From assembly GCA_964016885.1 (NCBI GenBank), contig CAXHJY010000477.1:1-42145 (forward strand): a stretch of 42,145 nt of DNA. The letters run 5' to 3'. Positions 12,801-25,477 of the stretch are shown in pieces; position 1 is the first letter of the stretch, and each line of letters opens with the position of its first letter. The DNA is from Eledone cirrhosa. Taxonomy: Eukaryota. The notes under the pieces were generated by a model, which was not told where the DNA came from, made no database searches, and saw only the letters and a list, made by a program, of their open reading frames with translations. Position numbers and translations under genes: made by a program.

Positions 12801-15800
12801 TACACACACGTATACATATGTAGATGTACCAAGTTTTTTCACTGGTCACTTTACTGTGAGTGGCCAGCTATTCTGTATGTAAACACACAGACAAACCTGT
12901 TTTTAGAGTCATACTGGTTTTTGAGGAAACACCTTTCCTCTATTCTCCAGAAAGCCAGACAAGGAATATTGAACTAGTTTCGTTGTTGTTACAACTCATC
13001 AGCAATATTTACCTATCTTCCGGCCTCTCTAGAGAATCGTAAAAGCACATATCGTTATATGCTTTTTCTATGATAATTAGTAGTGGGCAGACTAATTTGC
13101 ATAGAGTGTGAGTAAGTACCGGTTCAACGGAGACGATAAAAACAAATAACGAAACGAAATTAAATTTCGTTTCGTTTGTAACTCACTTTTGTATGACTGA
13201 CGCTTAAACAATTAAGTTAAAGATGTACATCCATATATGTATACTGAAATACTAGTATGTATATGAATACACACACGTATACATATGTAGATGTACCAAG
13301 TTTTTTCACTGGTCACTTTACTGTGAGTGGCCAGCTATTCTGTATGTAAACACACAGACAAACCGGTTTTTAAAGTCATACTGGTTTTTGAGGAAACACC
13401 TTTCCTCTATTCTCCAGAAAGCCAGACAAGGAATATTGAACTAGTTTCGTAGTTGTTACAACTCATCAGCAATATTTACCTATCTTCCGGCCTCTCTAGA
13501 GAATCGTAAAAGCACATATCGTTATATGCTTTTTCTATGATAATTAGTAGTGGGCAGACTAATTTGCATAGAGTGTGAGTAAGTACCGGTTCAACGGAGA
13601 CGATAAAAACAAATAACGAAACGAAATTAAATTTCGTTTCGTTTGTAACTCACTTTTGTATGACTGACGCTTAAACAATTAAGTTAAAGATGTACATCCA
13701 TATATGTATACTGAAATACTAGTATGTATATGAATACACACACGTATACATATGTAGATGTACCAAGTTTTTTCACTGGTCACTTTACTGTGAGTGGCCA
13801 GCTATTCTGTATGTAAACACACAGACAAACCGGTTTTTGGAGTCATACTGGTTTTTGAGGAAACACCTTTCCTCTATTCTCCAGAAAGCCAGACAAGGAA
13901 TATTGAACTAGTTTCGTTGTTGTTACAACTCATCAGCAATATTTACCTATCTTCCGGCCTCTCTAGAGAATCGTAAAAGCACATATCGTTATATGCTTTT
14001 TCTATGATAATTAGTAGTGGGCAGACTAATTTGCATAGAGTGTGAGTAAGTACCGGTTCAACGGAGACGATAAAAACAAATAACGAAACGAAATTAAATT
14101 TCGTTTCGTTTGTAACTCACTTTTGTATGACTGACGCTTAAACAATTAAGTTAAAGATGTACATCCATATATGTATACTGAAATACTAGTATGTATATGA
14201 ATACACACACGTATACATATGTAGATGTACCAAGTTTTTTCACTGGTCACTTTACTGTGAGTGGCCAGCTATTCTGTATGTAAACACACAGACAAACCGG
14301 TTTTTGGAGTCATACTGGTTTTTGAGGAAACACCTTTCCTCTATTCTCCAGAAAGCCAGACAAGGAATATTGAACTAGTTTCGTTGTTGTTACAACTCAT
14401 CAGCAATATTTACCTATCTTCCGGCCTCTCTAGAGAATCGTAAAAGCACATATCGTTATATGCTTTTTCTATGATAATTAGTAGTGGGCAGACTAATTTG
14501 CATAGAGTGTGAGTAAGTACCGGTTCAACGGAGACGATAAAAACAAATAACGAAACGAAATTAAATTTCGTTTCGTTTGTAACTCACTTTTGTATGACTG
14601 ACGCTTAAACAATTAAGTTAAAGATGTACATCCATATATGTATACTGAAATACTAGTATGTATATGAATACACACACGTATACATATGTAGATGTACCAA
14701 GTTTTTTCACTGGTCACTTTACTGTGAGTGGCCAGCTATTCTGTATGTAAACACACAGACAAACCGGTTTTTAGAATCATACTGGTTTTTGAGGAAACAC
14801 CTTTCCTCTATTCTCCACAAAGCCAGACAAGGAATATTGAACTAGTTTCGTTGTTGTTACAACTCATCAGCAATATTTACCTATCTTCCGGCCTCTCTAG
14901 AGAATCGTAAAAGCACATATCGTTATATGCTTTTTCTATGATAATTAGTAGTGGGCAGACTAATTTGCATAGAGTGTGAGTAAGTACCGGTTCAACGGAG
15001 ACGATAAAAACAAATAACGAAACGAAATTAAATTTCGTTTCGTTTGTAACTCACTTTTGTATGACTGACGCTTAAACAATTAAGTTAAAGATGTACATCC
15101 ATATATGTATACTGAAATACTAGTATGTATATGAATACACACACGTATACATATGTAGATGTACCAAGTTTTTTCACTGGTCACTTTACTGTGAGTGGCC
15201 AGCTATTCTGTATGTAAACACACAGACAAACCGGTTTTTGGAGTCATACTGGTTTTTGAGGAAACACCTTTCCTCTATTCCCCAAAAAGCCAGACAAGGA
15301 ATATTGAACTAGTTTCGTTGTTGTTACAACTCATCAGCAATATTTACCTATCTTCCGGCCTCTCTAGAGAATCGTAAAAGCACATATCGTTATATGCTTT
15401 TTCTATGATAATTAGTAGTGGGCAGACTAATTTGCATAGAGTGTGAGTAAGTACCGGTTCAACGGAGACGATAAAAACAAATAACGAAACGAAATTAAAT
15501 TTCGTTTCGTTTGTAACTCACTTTTGTATGACTGACGCTTAAACAATTAAGTTAAAGATGTACATCCATATATGTATACTGAAATACTAGTATGTATATG
15601 AATACACACACGTATACATATGTAGAAGTACCAAGTTTTTTCACTGGTCACTTTACTGTGAGTGGCCAGCTATTCTGTATGTAAACACACAGACAAACCG
15701 GTTTTTAGAGTCATACTGGTTTTTGAGGAAACACCTTTCCTCTATTCCCCAGAAAGCCAGACAAGGAATATTGAACTAGTTTCGTTGTTGTTACAACTCA

Positions 15801-18800
15801 TCAGCAATATTTACCTATCTTCCGGCCTCTCTAGAGAATCGTAAAAGCACATATCGTTATATGCTTTTTCTATGATAATTAGTAGTGGGCAGACTAATTT
15901 GCATAGAGTGTGAGTAAGTACCGGTTCAACGGAGACGATAAAAACAAATAACGAAACGAAATTAAATTTCGTTTCGTTTGTAACTCACTTTTGTATGACT
16001 GACGCTTAAACAATTAAGTTAAAGATGTACATCCATATATGTATACTGAAATACTAGTATGTATATGAATACACACACGTATACATATGTAGATGTACCA
16101 AGTTTTTTCACTGGTCACTTTACTGTGAGTGGCCAGCTATTCTGTATGTAAACACACAGACAAACCGGTTTTTGGAGTCATACTGGTTTTTGAGGAAACA
16201 CCTTTCCTCTATTCTCCAGAAAGCCAGACAAGGAATATTGAACTAGTTTCGTTGTTGTTACAACTCATCAGCAATATTTACCTATCTTCCGGCCTCTCTA
16301 GAGAATCGTAAAAGCACATATCGTTATATGCTTTTTCTATGATAATTAGTAGTGGGCAGACTAATTTGCATAGAGTGTGAGTAAGTACCGGTTCAACGGA
16401 GACGATAAAAACAAATAACGAAACGAAATTAAATTTCGTTTCGTTTGTAACTCACTTTTGTATGACTGACGCTTAAACAATTAAGTTAAAGATGTACATC
16501 CATATATGTATACTGAAATACTAGTATGTATATGAATACACACACGTATACATATGTAGATGTACCAAGTTTTTTCACTGGTCACTTTACTGTGAGTGGC
16601 CAGCTATTCTGTATGTAAACACACAGACAAACCGGTTTTTAGAATCATACTGGTTTTTGAGGAAACACCTTTCCTCTATTCTCCACAAAGCCAGACAAGG
16701 AATATTGAACTAGTTTCGTTGTTGTTACAACTCATCAGCAATATTTACCTATCTTCCGGCCTCTCTAGAGAATCGTAAAAGCACATATCGTTATATGCTT
16801 TTTCTATGATAATTAGTAGTGGGCAGACTAATTTGCATAGAGTGTGAGTAAGTACCGGTTCAACGGAGACGATAAAAACAAATAACGAAACGAAATTAAA
16901 TTTCGTTTCGTTTGTAACTCACTTTTGTATGACTGACGCTTAAACAATTAAGTTAAAGATGTACATCCATATATGTATACTGAAATACTAGTATGTATAT
17001 GAATACACACACGTATACATATGTAGATGTACCAAGTTTTTTCACTGGTCACTTTACTGTGAGTGGCCAGCTATTCTGTATGTAAACACACAGACAAACC
17101 GGTTTTTGGAGTCATACTGGTTTTTGAGGAAACACCTTTCCTCTATTCCCCAAAAAGCCAGACAAGGAATATTGAACTAGTTTCGTTGTTGTTACAACTC
17201 ATCAGCAATATTTACCTATCTTCCGGCCTCTCTAGAGAATCGTAAAAGCACATATCGTTATATGCTTTTTCTATGATAATTAGTAGTGGGCAGACTAATT
17301 TGCATAGAGTGTGAGTAAGTACCGGTTCAACGGAGACGATAAAAACAAATAACGAAACGAAATTAAATTTCGTTTCGTTTGTAACTCACTTTTGTATGAC
17401 TGACGCTTAAACAATTAAGTTAAAGATGTACATCCATATATGTATACTGAAATACTAGTATGTATATGAATACACACACGTATACATATGTAGAAGTACC
17501 AAGTTTTTTCACTGGTCACTTTACTGTGAGTGGCCAGCTATTCTGTATGTAAACACACAGACAAACCGGTTTTTAGAGTCATACTGGTTTTTGAGGAAAC
17601 ACCTTTCCTCTATTCCCCAGAAAGCCAGACAAGGAATATTGAACTAGTTTCGTTGTTGTTACAACTCATCAGCAATATTTACCTATCTTCCGGCCTCTCT
17701 AGAGAATCGTAAAAGCACATATCGTTATATGCTTTTTCTATGATAATTAGTAGTGGGCAGACTAATTTGCATAGAGTGTGAGTAAGTACCGGTTCAACGG
17801 AGACGATAAAAACAAATAACGAAACGAAATTAAATTTCGTTTCGTTTGTAACTCACTTTTGTATGACTGACGCTTAAACAATTAAGTTAAAGATGTACAT
17901 CCATATATGTATACTGAAATACTAGTATGTATATGAATACACACACGTATACATATGTAGATGTACCAAGTTTTTTCACTGGTCACTTTACTGTGAGTGG
18001 CCAGCTATTCTGTATGTAAACACACAGACAAACCGGTTTTTGGAGTCATACTGGTTTTTGAGGAAACACCTTTCCTCTATTCCCCAGAAAGCCAGACAAG
18101 GAATATTGAACTAGTTTCGTTGTTGTTACAACTCATCAGCAATATTTACCTATCTTCCGGCCTCTCTAGAGAATCGTAAAAGCACATATCGTTATATGCT
18201 TTTTCTATGATAATTAGTAGTGGGCAGACTAATTTGCATAGAGTGTGAGTAAGTACCGGTTCAACGGAGACGATAAAAACAAATAACGAAACGAAATTAA
18301 ATTTCGTTTCGTTTGTAACTCACTTTTGTATGACTGACGCTTAAACAATTAAGTTAAAGATGTACATCCATATATGTATACTGAAATACTAGTATGTATA
18401 TGAATACACACACGTATACATATGTAGATGTACCAAGTTTTTTCACTGGTCACTTTACTGTGAGTGGCCAGCTATTCTGTATGTAAACACACAGACAAAC
18501 CGGTTTTTAGAGTCATACTGGTTTTTGAGGAAACACCTTTCCTCTATTCTCCAGAAAGCCAGACAAGGAATATTGAACTAGTTTCGTTGTTGTTACAACT
18601 CATCAGCAATATTTACCTATCTTCCGGCCTCTCTAGAGAATCGTAAAAGCACATATCGTTATATGCTTTTTCTATGATAATTAGTAGTGGGCAGACTAAT
18701 TTGCATAGAGTGTGAGTAAGTACCGGTTCAACGGAGACGATAAAAACAAATAACGAAACGAAATTAAATTTCGTTTCGTTTGTAACTCACTTTTGTATGA

Positions 18801-21800
18801 CTGACGCTTAAACAATTAAGTTAAAGATGTACATCCATATATGTATACTGAAATACTAGTATGTATATGAATACACACACGTATACATATGTAGATGTAC
18901 CAAGTTTTTTCACTGGTCACTTTACTGTGAGTGGCCAGCTATTCTGTATGTAAACACACAGACAAACCGGTTTTTAGAGTCATACTGGTTTTTGAGGAAA
19001 CACCTTTCCTCTATTCTCCAGAAAGCCAGACAAGGAATATTGAACTAGTTTCGTTGTTGTTACAACTCATCAGCAATATTTACCTATCTTCCGGCCTCTC
19101 TAGAGAATCGTAAAAGCACATATCGTTATATGCTTTTTCTATGATAATTAGTAGTGGGCAGACTAATTTGCATAGAGTGTGAGTAAGTACCGGTTCAACG
19201 GAGACGATAAAAACAAATAACGAAACGAAATTAAATTTCGTTTCGTTTGTAACTCACTTTTGTATGACTGACGCTTAAACAATTAAGTTAAAGATGTACA
19301 TCCATATATGTATACTGAAATACTAGTATGTATATGAATACACACACGTATACATATGTAGATGTACCAAGTTTTTTCACTGGTCACTTTACTGTGAGTG
19401 GCCAGCTATTCTGTATGTAAACACACAGACAAACCGGTTTTTGGAGTCATACTGGTTTTTGAGGAAACACCTTTCCTCTATTCCCCAGAAAGCCAGACAA
19501 GGAATATTGAACTAGTTTCGTTGTTGTTACAACTCATCAGCAATATTTACCTATCCTCCGGCCTCTCTAGAGAATCGTAAAAGCACATATCGTTATATGC
19601 TTTTTCTATGATAATTAGTAGTGGGCAGACTAATTTGCATAGAGTGTGAGTAAGTACCGGTTCAACGGAGACGATAAAAACAAATAACGAAACGAAATTA
19701 AATTTCGTTTCGTTTGTAACTCACTTTTGTATGACTGACGCTTAAACAATTAAGTTAAAGATGTACATCCATATATGTATACTGAAATACTAGTATGTAT
19801 ATGAATACACACACGTATACATATGTAGATGTACCAAGTTTTTTCACTGGTCACTTTACTGTGAGTGGCCAGCTATTCTGTATGTAAACACACAGACAAA
19901 CCGGTTTTTGGAGTCATACTGGTTTTTGAGGAAACACCTTTCCTCTATTCTCCAGAAAGCCAGACAAGGAATATTGAACTAGTTTCGTTGTTGTTACAAC
20001 TCATCAGCAATATTTACCTATCCTCCGGCCTCTCTAGAGAATCGTAAAAGCACATATCGTTATATGCTTTTTCTATGATAATTAGTAGTGGGCAGACTAA
20101 TTTGCATAGAGTGTGAGTAAGTACCGGTTCAACGGAGACGATAAAAACAAATAACGAAACGAAATTAAATTTCGTTTCGTTTGTAACTCACTTTTGTATG
20201 ACTGACGCTTAAACAATTAAGTTAAAGATGTACATCCATATATGTATACTGAAATACTAGTATGTATATGAATACACACACGTATACATATGTAGATGTA
20301 CCAAGTTTTTTCACTGGTCACTTTACTGTGAGTGGCCAGCTATTCTGTATGTAAACACACAGACAAACCGGTTTTTAGAGTCATACTGGTTTTTGAGGAA
20401 ACACCTTTCCTCTATTCTCCAGAAAGCCAGACAAGGAATATTGAACTAGTTTCGTTGTTGTTACAACTCATCAGCAATATTTACCTATCTTCCGGCCTCT
20501 CTAGAGAATCGTAAAAGCACATATCGTTATATGCTTTTTCTATGATAATTAGTAGTGGGCAGACTAATTTGCATAGAGTGTGAGTAAGTACCGGTTCAAC
20601 GGAGACGATAAAAACAAATAACGAAACGAAATTAAATTTCGTTTCGTTTGTAACTCACTTTTGTATGACTGACGCTTAAACAATTAAGTTAAAGATGTAC
20701 ATCCATATATGTATACTGAAATACTAGTATGTATATGAATACACACACGTATACATATGTAGATGTACCAAGTTTTTTCACTGGTCACTTTACTGTGAGT
20801 GGCCAGCTATTCTGTATGTAAACACACAGACAAACCGGTTTTTGGAGTCATACTGGTTTTTGAGGAAACACCTTTCCTCTATTCCCCAGAAAGCCAGACA
20901 AGGAATATTGAACTAGTTTCGTTGTTGTTACAACTCATCAGCAATATTTACCTATCTTCCGGCCTCTCTAGAGAATCGTAAAAGCACATATCGTTATATG
21001 CTTTTTCTATGATAATTAGTAGTGGGCAGACTAATTTGCATAGAGTGTGAGTAAGTACCGGTTCAACGGAGACGATAAAGACAAATAACGAAACGAAATT
21101 AAATTTCGTTTCGTTTGTAACTCACTTTTGTATGACTGACGCTTAAACAATTAAGTTAAAGATGTACATCCATATATGTATACTGAAATACTAGTATGTA
21201 TATGAATACACACACGTATACATATGTAGATGTACCAAGTTTTTTCACTGGTCACTTCACTGTGAGTGGCCAGCTATTCTGTATGTAAACACACAGACAA
21301 ACCGGTTTTTAGAGTCATACTGGTTTTTGAGGAAACACCTTTCCTCTATTCTCCACAAAGCCAGACAAGGAATATTGAACTAGTTTCGTTGTTGTTACAA
21401 CTCATCAGCAATATTTACCTATCTTCCGGCCTCTCTAGAGAATCGTAAAAGCACATATCGTTATATGCTTTTTCTATGATAATTAGTAGTGGGCAGACTA
21501 ATTTGCATAGAGTGTGAGTAAGTACCGGTTCAACGGAGACGATAAAAACAAATAACGAAACGAAATTAAATTTCGTTTCGTTTGTAACTCACTTTTGTAT
21601 GACTGACGCTTAAACAATTAAGTTAAAGATGTACATCCATATATGTATACTGAAATACTAGTATGTATATGAATACACACACGTATACATATGTAGATGT
21701 ACCAAGTTTTTTCACTGGTCACTTTACTGTGAGTGGCCAGCTATTCTGTATGTAAACACACAGACAAACCGGTTTTTGGAGTCATACTGGTTTTTGAGGA

Positions 21801-22379
21801 AACACCTTTCCTCTATTCCCCAGAAAGCCAGACAAGGAATATTGAACTAGTTTCGTTGTTGTTACAACTCATCAGCAATATTTACCTATCTTCCGGCCTC
21901 TCTAGAGAATCGTAAAAGCACATATCGTTATATGCTTTTTCTATGATAATTAGTAGTGGGCAGACTAATTTGCATAGAGTGTGAGTAAGTACCGGTTCAA
22001 CGGAGACGATAAAAACAAATAACGAAACGAAATTAAATTTCGTTTGTAACTCACTTTTGTATGACTGACGCTTAAACAATTAAGTTAAAGATGTACATCC
22101 ATATATGTATACTGAAATACTAGTATGTACATACTAGTATTTCAGTATACATATATGGATGTACATCTTTAACTTAATTGTTTAAGCGTCAGTTATACAA
22201 AAGTGAGTTACAAACGAAACGAAATTTAATTTCGTTTCGTTATTTGTTTTTATCGTCTCCGTTGAACCGGTACTTACTCACACTCTATGCAAATTAGTCT
22301 GCCCACTACTAATTATCATAGAAAAAGCATATAACGATATGTGCTTTTACGATTCTCTAGAGAGGCCGGAAGATAGGTA

Positions 22380-22424
22380 AATATTGCTGATGAGTTGTAA
22401 CAACAACGAAACTAGTTCAATATT
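22380..22424 (+). ncRNA. Minimal type I hammerhead ribozyme
   Basis: Same motif as in the array, on the + strand. Confidence 0.88.
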
Positions 22425-22846
22425 CCTTGTCTGGCTTTCTGGGGAATAGAGGAAAGGTGTTTCCTCAAAAACCAGTATGACTCTAAAAACCGGTTTGTCT
22501 GTGTGTTTACATACAGAATAGCTGGCCACTCACAGTAAAGTGACCAGTGAAAAAACTTGGTACATCTACATATGTATACGTGTGTGTATTCATATACATA
22601 CTAGTATTTCAGTATACATATATGGATGTACATCTTTAACTTAATTGTTTAGGCGTCAGTCATAGAAAAGTGAGTTACAAACGAAACGAAATTTAATTTC
22701 GTTTCGTTATTTGTTTTTATCGTCTCCGTTGAACCGGTACTTACTCACACTCTATGCAAATTAGTCTGCCCACTACTAATTATCATAGAAAAAGCATATA
22801 ACGATATGTGCTTTTACGATTCTCTAGAGAGGCCGGAAGATAGGTA

Positions 22847-22891
22847 AATATTGCTGATGAGTTGTAACAACAACGAAACTAGTTCAATATT
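22847..22891 (+). ncRNA. Minimal type I hammerhead ribozyme
   Basis: Same motif as in the array, on the + strand. Confidence 0.88.
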
Positions 22892-23120
22892 CCTTGTCTG
22901 GCTTTCTGGGGAATAGAGGAAAGGTGTTTCCTCAAAAACCAGTATGACTCTAAAAACCGGTTTGTCTGTGTGTTTACATACAGAATAGCTGGCCACTCAC
23001 AGTAAAGTGACCAGTGAAAAGACTTGGTACATCTACATATGTATACGTGTGTGTATTCATATACATACTAGTATTTCAGTATACATATATGGATGTACAT
23101 CTTTAACTTAATTGTTTATG

Positions 23121-23237
<117 letters not shown>

Positions 23238-23304
23238 GTGTGTGTGTATGTATATATTTATATACACTGTTATATATATATATATATATATATAACAGTA
23301 TATA

Positions 23305-23363
<59 letters not shown>

Positions 23364-23426
23364 CAGTATATATATATGTATATATATATATATATGCATA
23401 CAGACACACACACACATATATATATA

Positions 23427-23940
23427 TATTAATAAAAGGAATCCTAGCTTTGTCTGATTTACTTGTTTTATTTACAATCCTTTAAAATTATAATGATATT
23501 ATAATGAAATAGTAGGGTAGAATATTACATGTTAATTGAACAAGTACTTTCATGCTTTCGCAATCTTCAGGTTCACATTCAGTGGTGACAGTCAAGTTTG
23601 CAATTTTCAACTGTAATCAGATGTGTAAAATCTGTGCCTTTTATACAGTAAAAAGGGGCTACAGAATGCTAAGTTTTGCAAACTGTATTTCGACCAATCG
23701 GTGTGTAGTTTCACTAGATTACTAAAGCTGATTGGTTCAGGGGTCATGGTTGGTTGAGCATGTCTAACGAGTTCTATTTGACCCTACGCAAAGCATCAAT
23801 TGTTTTGCTATTTTTGAAAGTACTTGTTCTATTAACATGTAATATTCTACCCTACTATTTCATTATAATATCATTATAATTTTAAAGGATTGTAAATAAA
23901 ACGAGTAAATCAGACACAGCTAGGATTCCTTTTATTAATA
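23427..23940. mobile_element. (TA)n-flanked fold-back element with ~125-bp inverted arms
   Basis: 23427-23552 is the near-perfect reverse complement of 23815-23940. Confidence 0.8.
23537..23575 (-). ncRNA. Minimal type I hammerhead ribozyme
   Basis: UGAAC-CUGAAGA-uUGC GAAA GCAu-GAAA-GUAC-UU^GUUCA; palindromic AAGUACUU stem III, CUU triplet. Confidence 0.75.
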
Positions 23941-24117
23941 TAATCTTCTATACACAATCATACACACCAGTGTATATTTATATATATATATACATTCATA
24001 TATATACATATATATATATACATACATATATATATATATACATACATATATATATATATATACATACATATATATATATATACATATATATATATACATA
24101 CATATATATATACATAC

Positions 24118-24165
<48 letters not shown>

Positions 24166-24167
<2 letters not shown>

Positions 24168-25477
24168 GGAAGGACACATCCAACACTTCATCAACCGCAT
24201 GCAGTTCTCTGGCTACAACCAAAGAGACAGAGTCAGAGTATACGAAGGAGCCATGGAAAAGTATAAGACCCTCATAGAACTGGACATGAAAGGAATTTGC
24301 CCACTATACAGGAGCAAATCATGGAATAGCTTAGATAGGGCTAGACATAAGATAGGGAAGGCCACATCATGGTACGACAACCAGAGATATCAGAGTGTCA
24401 TGTTTGTGGACGCCACCCCTGGAGGGAAATTAGCTAACCAGTGTAGAAAGGCCCTGAGAAAGACCCACTTAAAAATAAAGGTGGTAGAAAAGCCAGGAAC
24501 CACCATAAAATCCCTGATCAGCAAAACCTACCCTTTTAAGAAAACCCACTGTACCAATAGGAAATGTATCATATGTAAGGTGAACCCCCGGATAAACTGT
24601 AAAACTAGAAACGTAGTCTATAGCATAAGATGTACAGAGGGTACTTGCAGAAACACGACAACAACATACATAGGTGAGACAGCTCGTAGCATAGGTGAAA
24701 GGATAGACCAACACTGGGGGGAACTAAAAGGACGAAAAAACGGGTCAGTACTATATGAACATGCTAGACAACATCATGACGGTAACATAGACAACATAGA
24801 AATTAGAATAATATCTAAACATAGGAATGACCCAGCAGATAGGCAAATCAGAGAGGCCAGTGAAATAGAAATTAGAAGACCAAAGCTAAACAGAAAGAAT
24901 GAGTGGAACAACAACAACACCCAAACAAACAACACTGACCTAAGAGAAGTATAAATAAATAAGTAAATTAAATTAAATAAAATAAGATAAATAAATACAT
25001 ACACAAGCACATAAACACACACTAGTCACCCAGCAGACACAACACTATACACACTAGTCACACATCACACATAACACTATACACACACGCAAACGCATGC
25101 GCAAAGAAGGCAAAATAAAATAAGATAAACAAACAAGCAAATAAATAAATAAATATATAGACAGACTGAACAAAAAAAAAATGGCGTAGACATACAACAC
25201 AACAGGAGGAACAATGAATATAACACCACTGACGATGTTGCAGATGTGCAACGAAAGATTTATGTAAACTATATATATATGTGTTTGTCTATATTGTATC
25301 TGTATTATTTTTGACCGCCGGTCAGTCAATGGCAACATTGAGGACCGAGTAAGTTAGATCGCAGATATATATATATAAAAGACAGCGAGAAGCGAAAACC
25401 AACCAAACAGTGAGTGTGTTCTGTTATTAATTCTGGCAATATTACGCAAATATGACCCTCCCCAAATATAACAATAT
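24166..25477 (+). repeat. 5' pseudo-LTR (ORF 3' end, UTR and first 9 codons)
   Basis: Direct repeat of 28296-29607; its 264-aa ORF equals the C-terminus of the main ORF. Confidence 0.9.
25223..25265 (+). ncRNA. Hammerhead-like motif in the pLTR
   Basis: CUGACGA-u-GUUGCA gaug UGCAAC-GAAA-GAUU-UA; core and stem II good, stem I only ~2 bp. Confidence 0.6.

Larger units (their letters stand above)
9402..22128 (-). repeat. Tandem array of a 467-bp hammerhead-containing unit (retrozyme-like), 27 full units plus a partial unit
   Basis: 467-bp periodicity (ORF-track starts 9593, 10060 ... 21733; one unit has a 2-bp deletion); near-identical units; HHR on the minus strand of each. Confidence 0.95.
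22129..23118 (+). repeat. Inverted continuation of the 467-bp array (about 2.1 units)
   Basis: Spacerless palindromic junction TAGTATGT|ACATACTA at 22128/22129; ends in (TA)n at 23118. Confidence 0.92.

Noticed and set aside
9593-22996. Repeated 60-aa ORF (MASYSVCK...) as a tandem gene family
   Set aside because: GTG start, antisense to the ribozyme, broken by a frameshift (~11019) and a stop (~13450) in two units, no recognisable domain
9402-23118. CRISPR array, or 5S/snRNA/SL-RNA gene cluster
   Set aside because: No unique spacers, eukaryotic context, and no recognisable 5S, U snRNA or tRNA sequence in the unit
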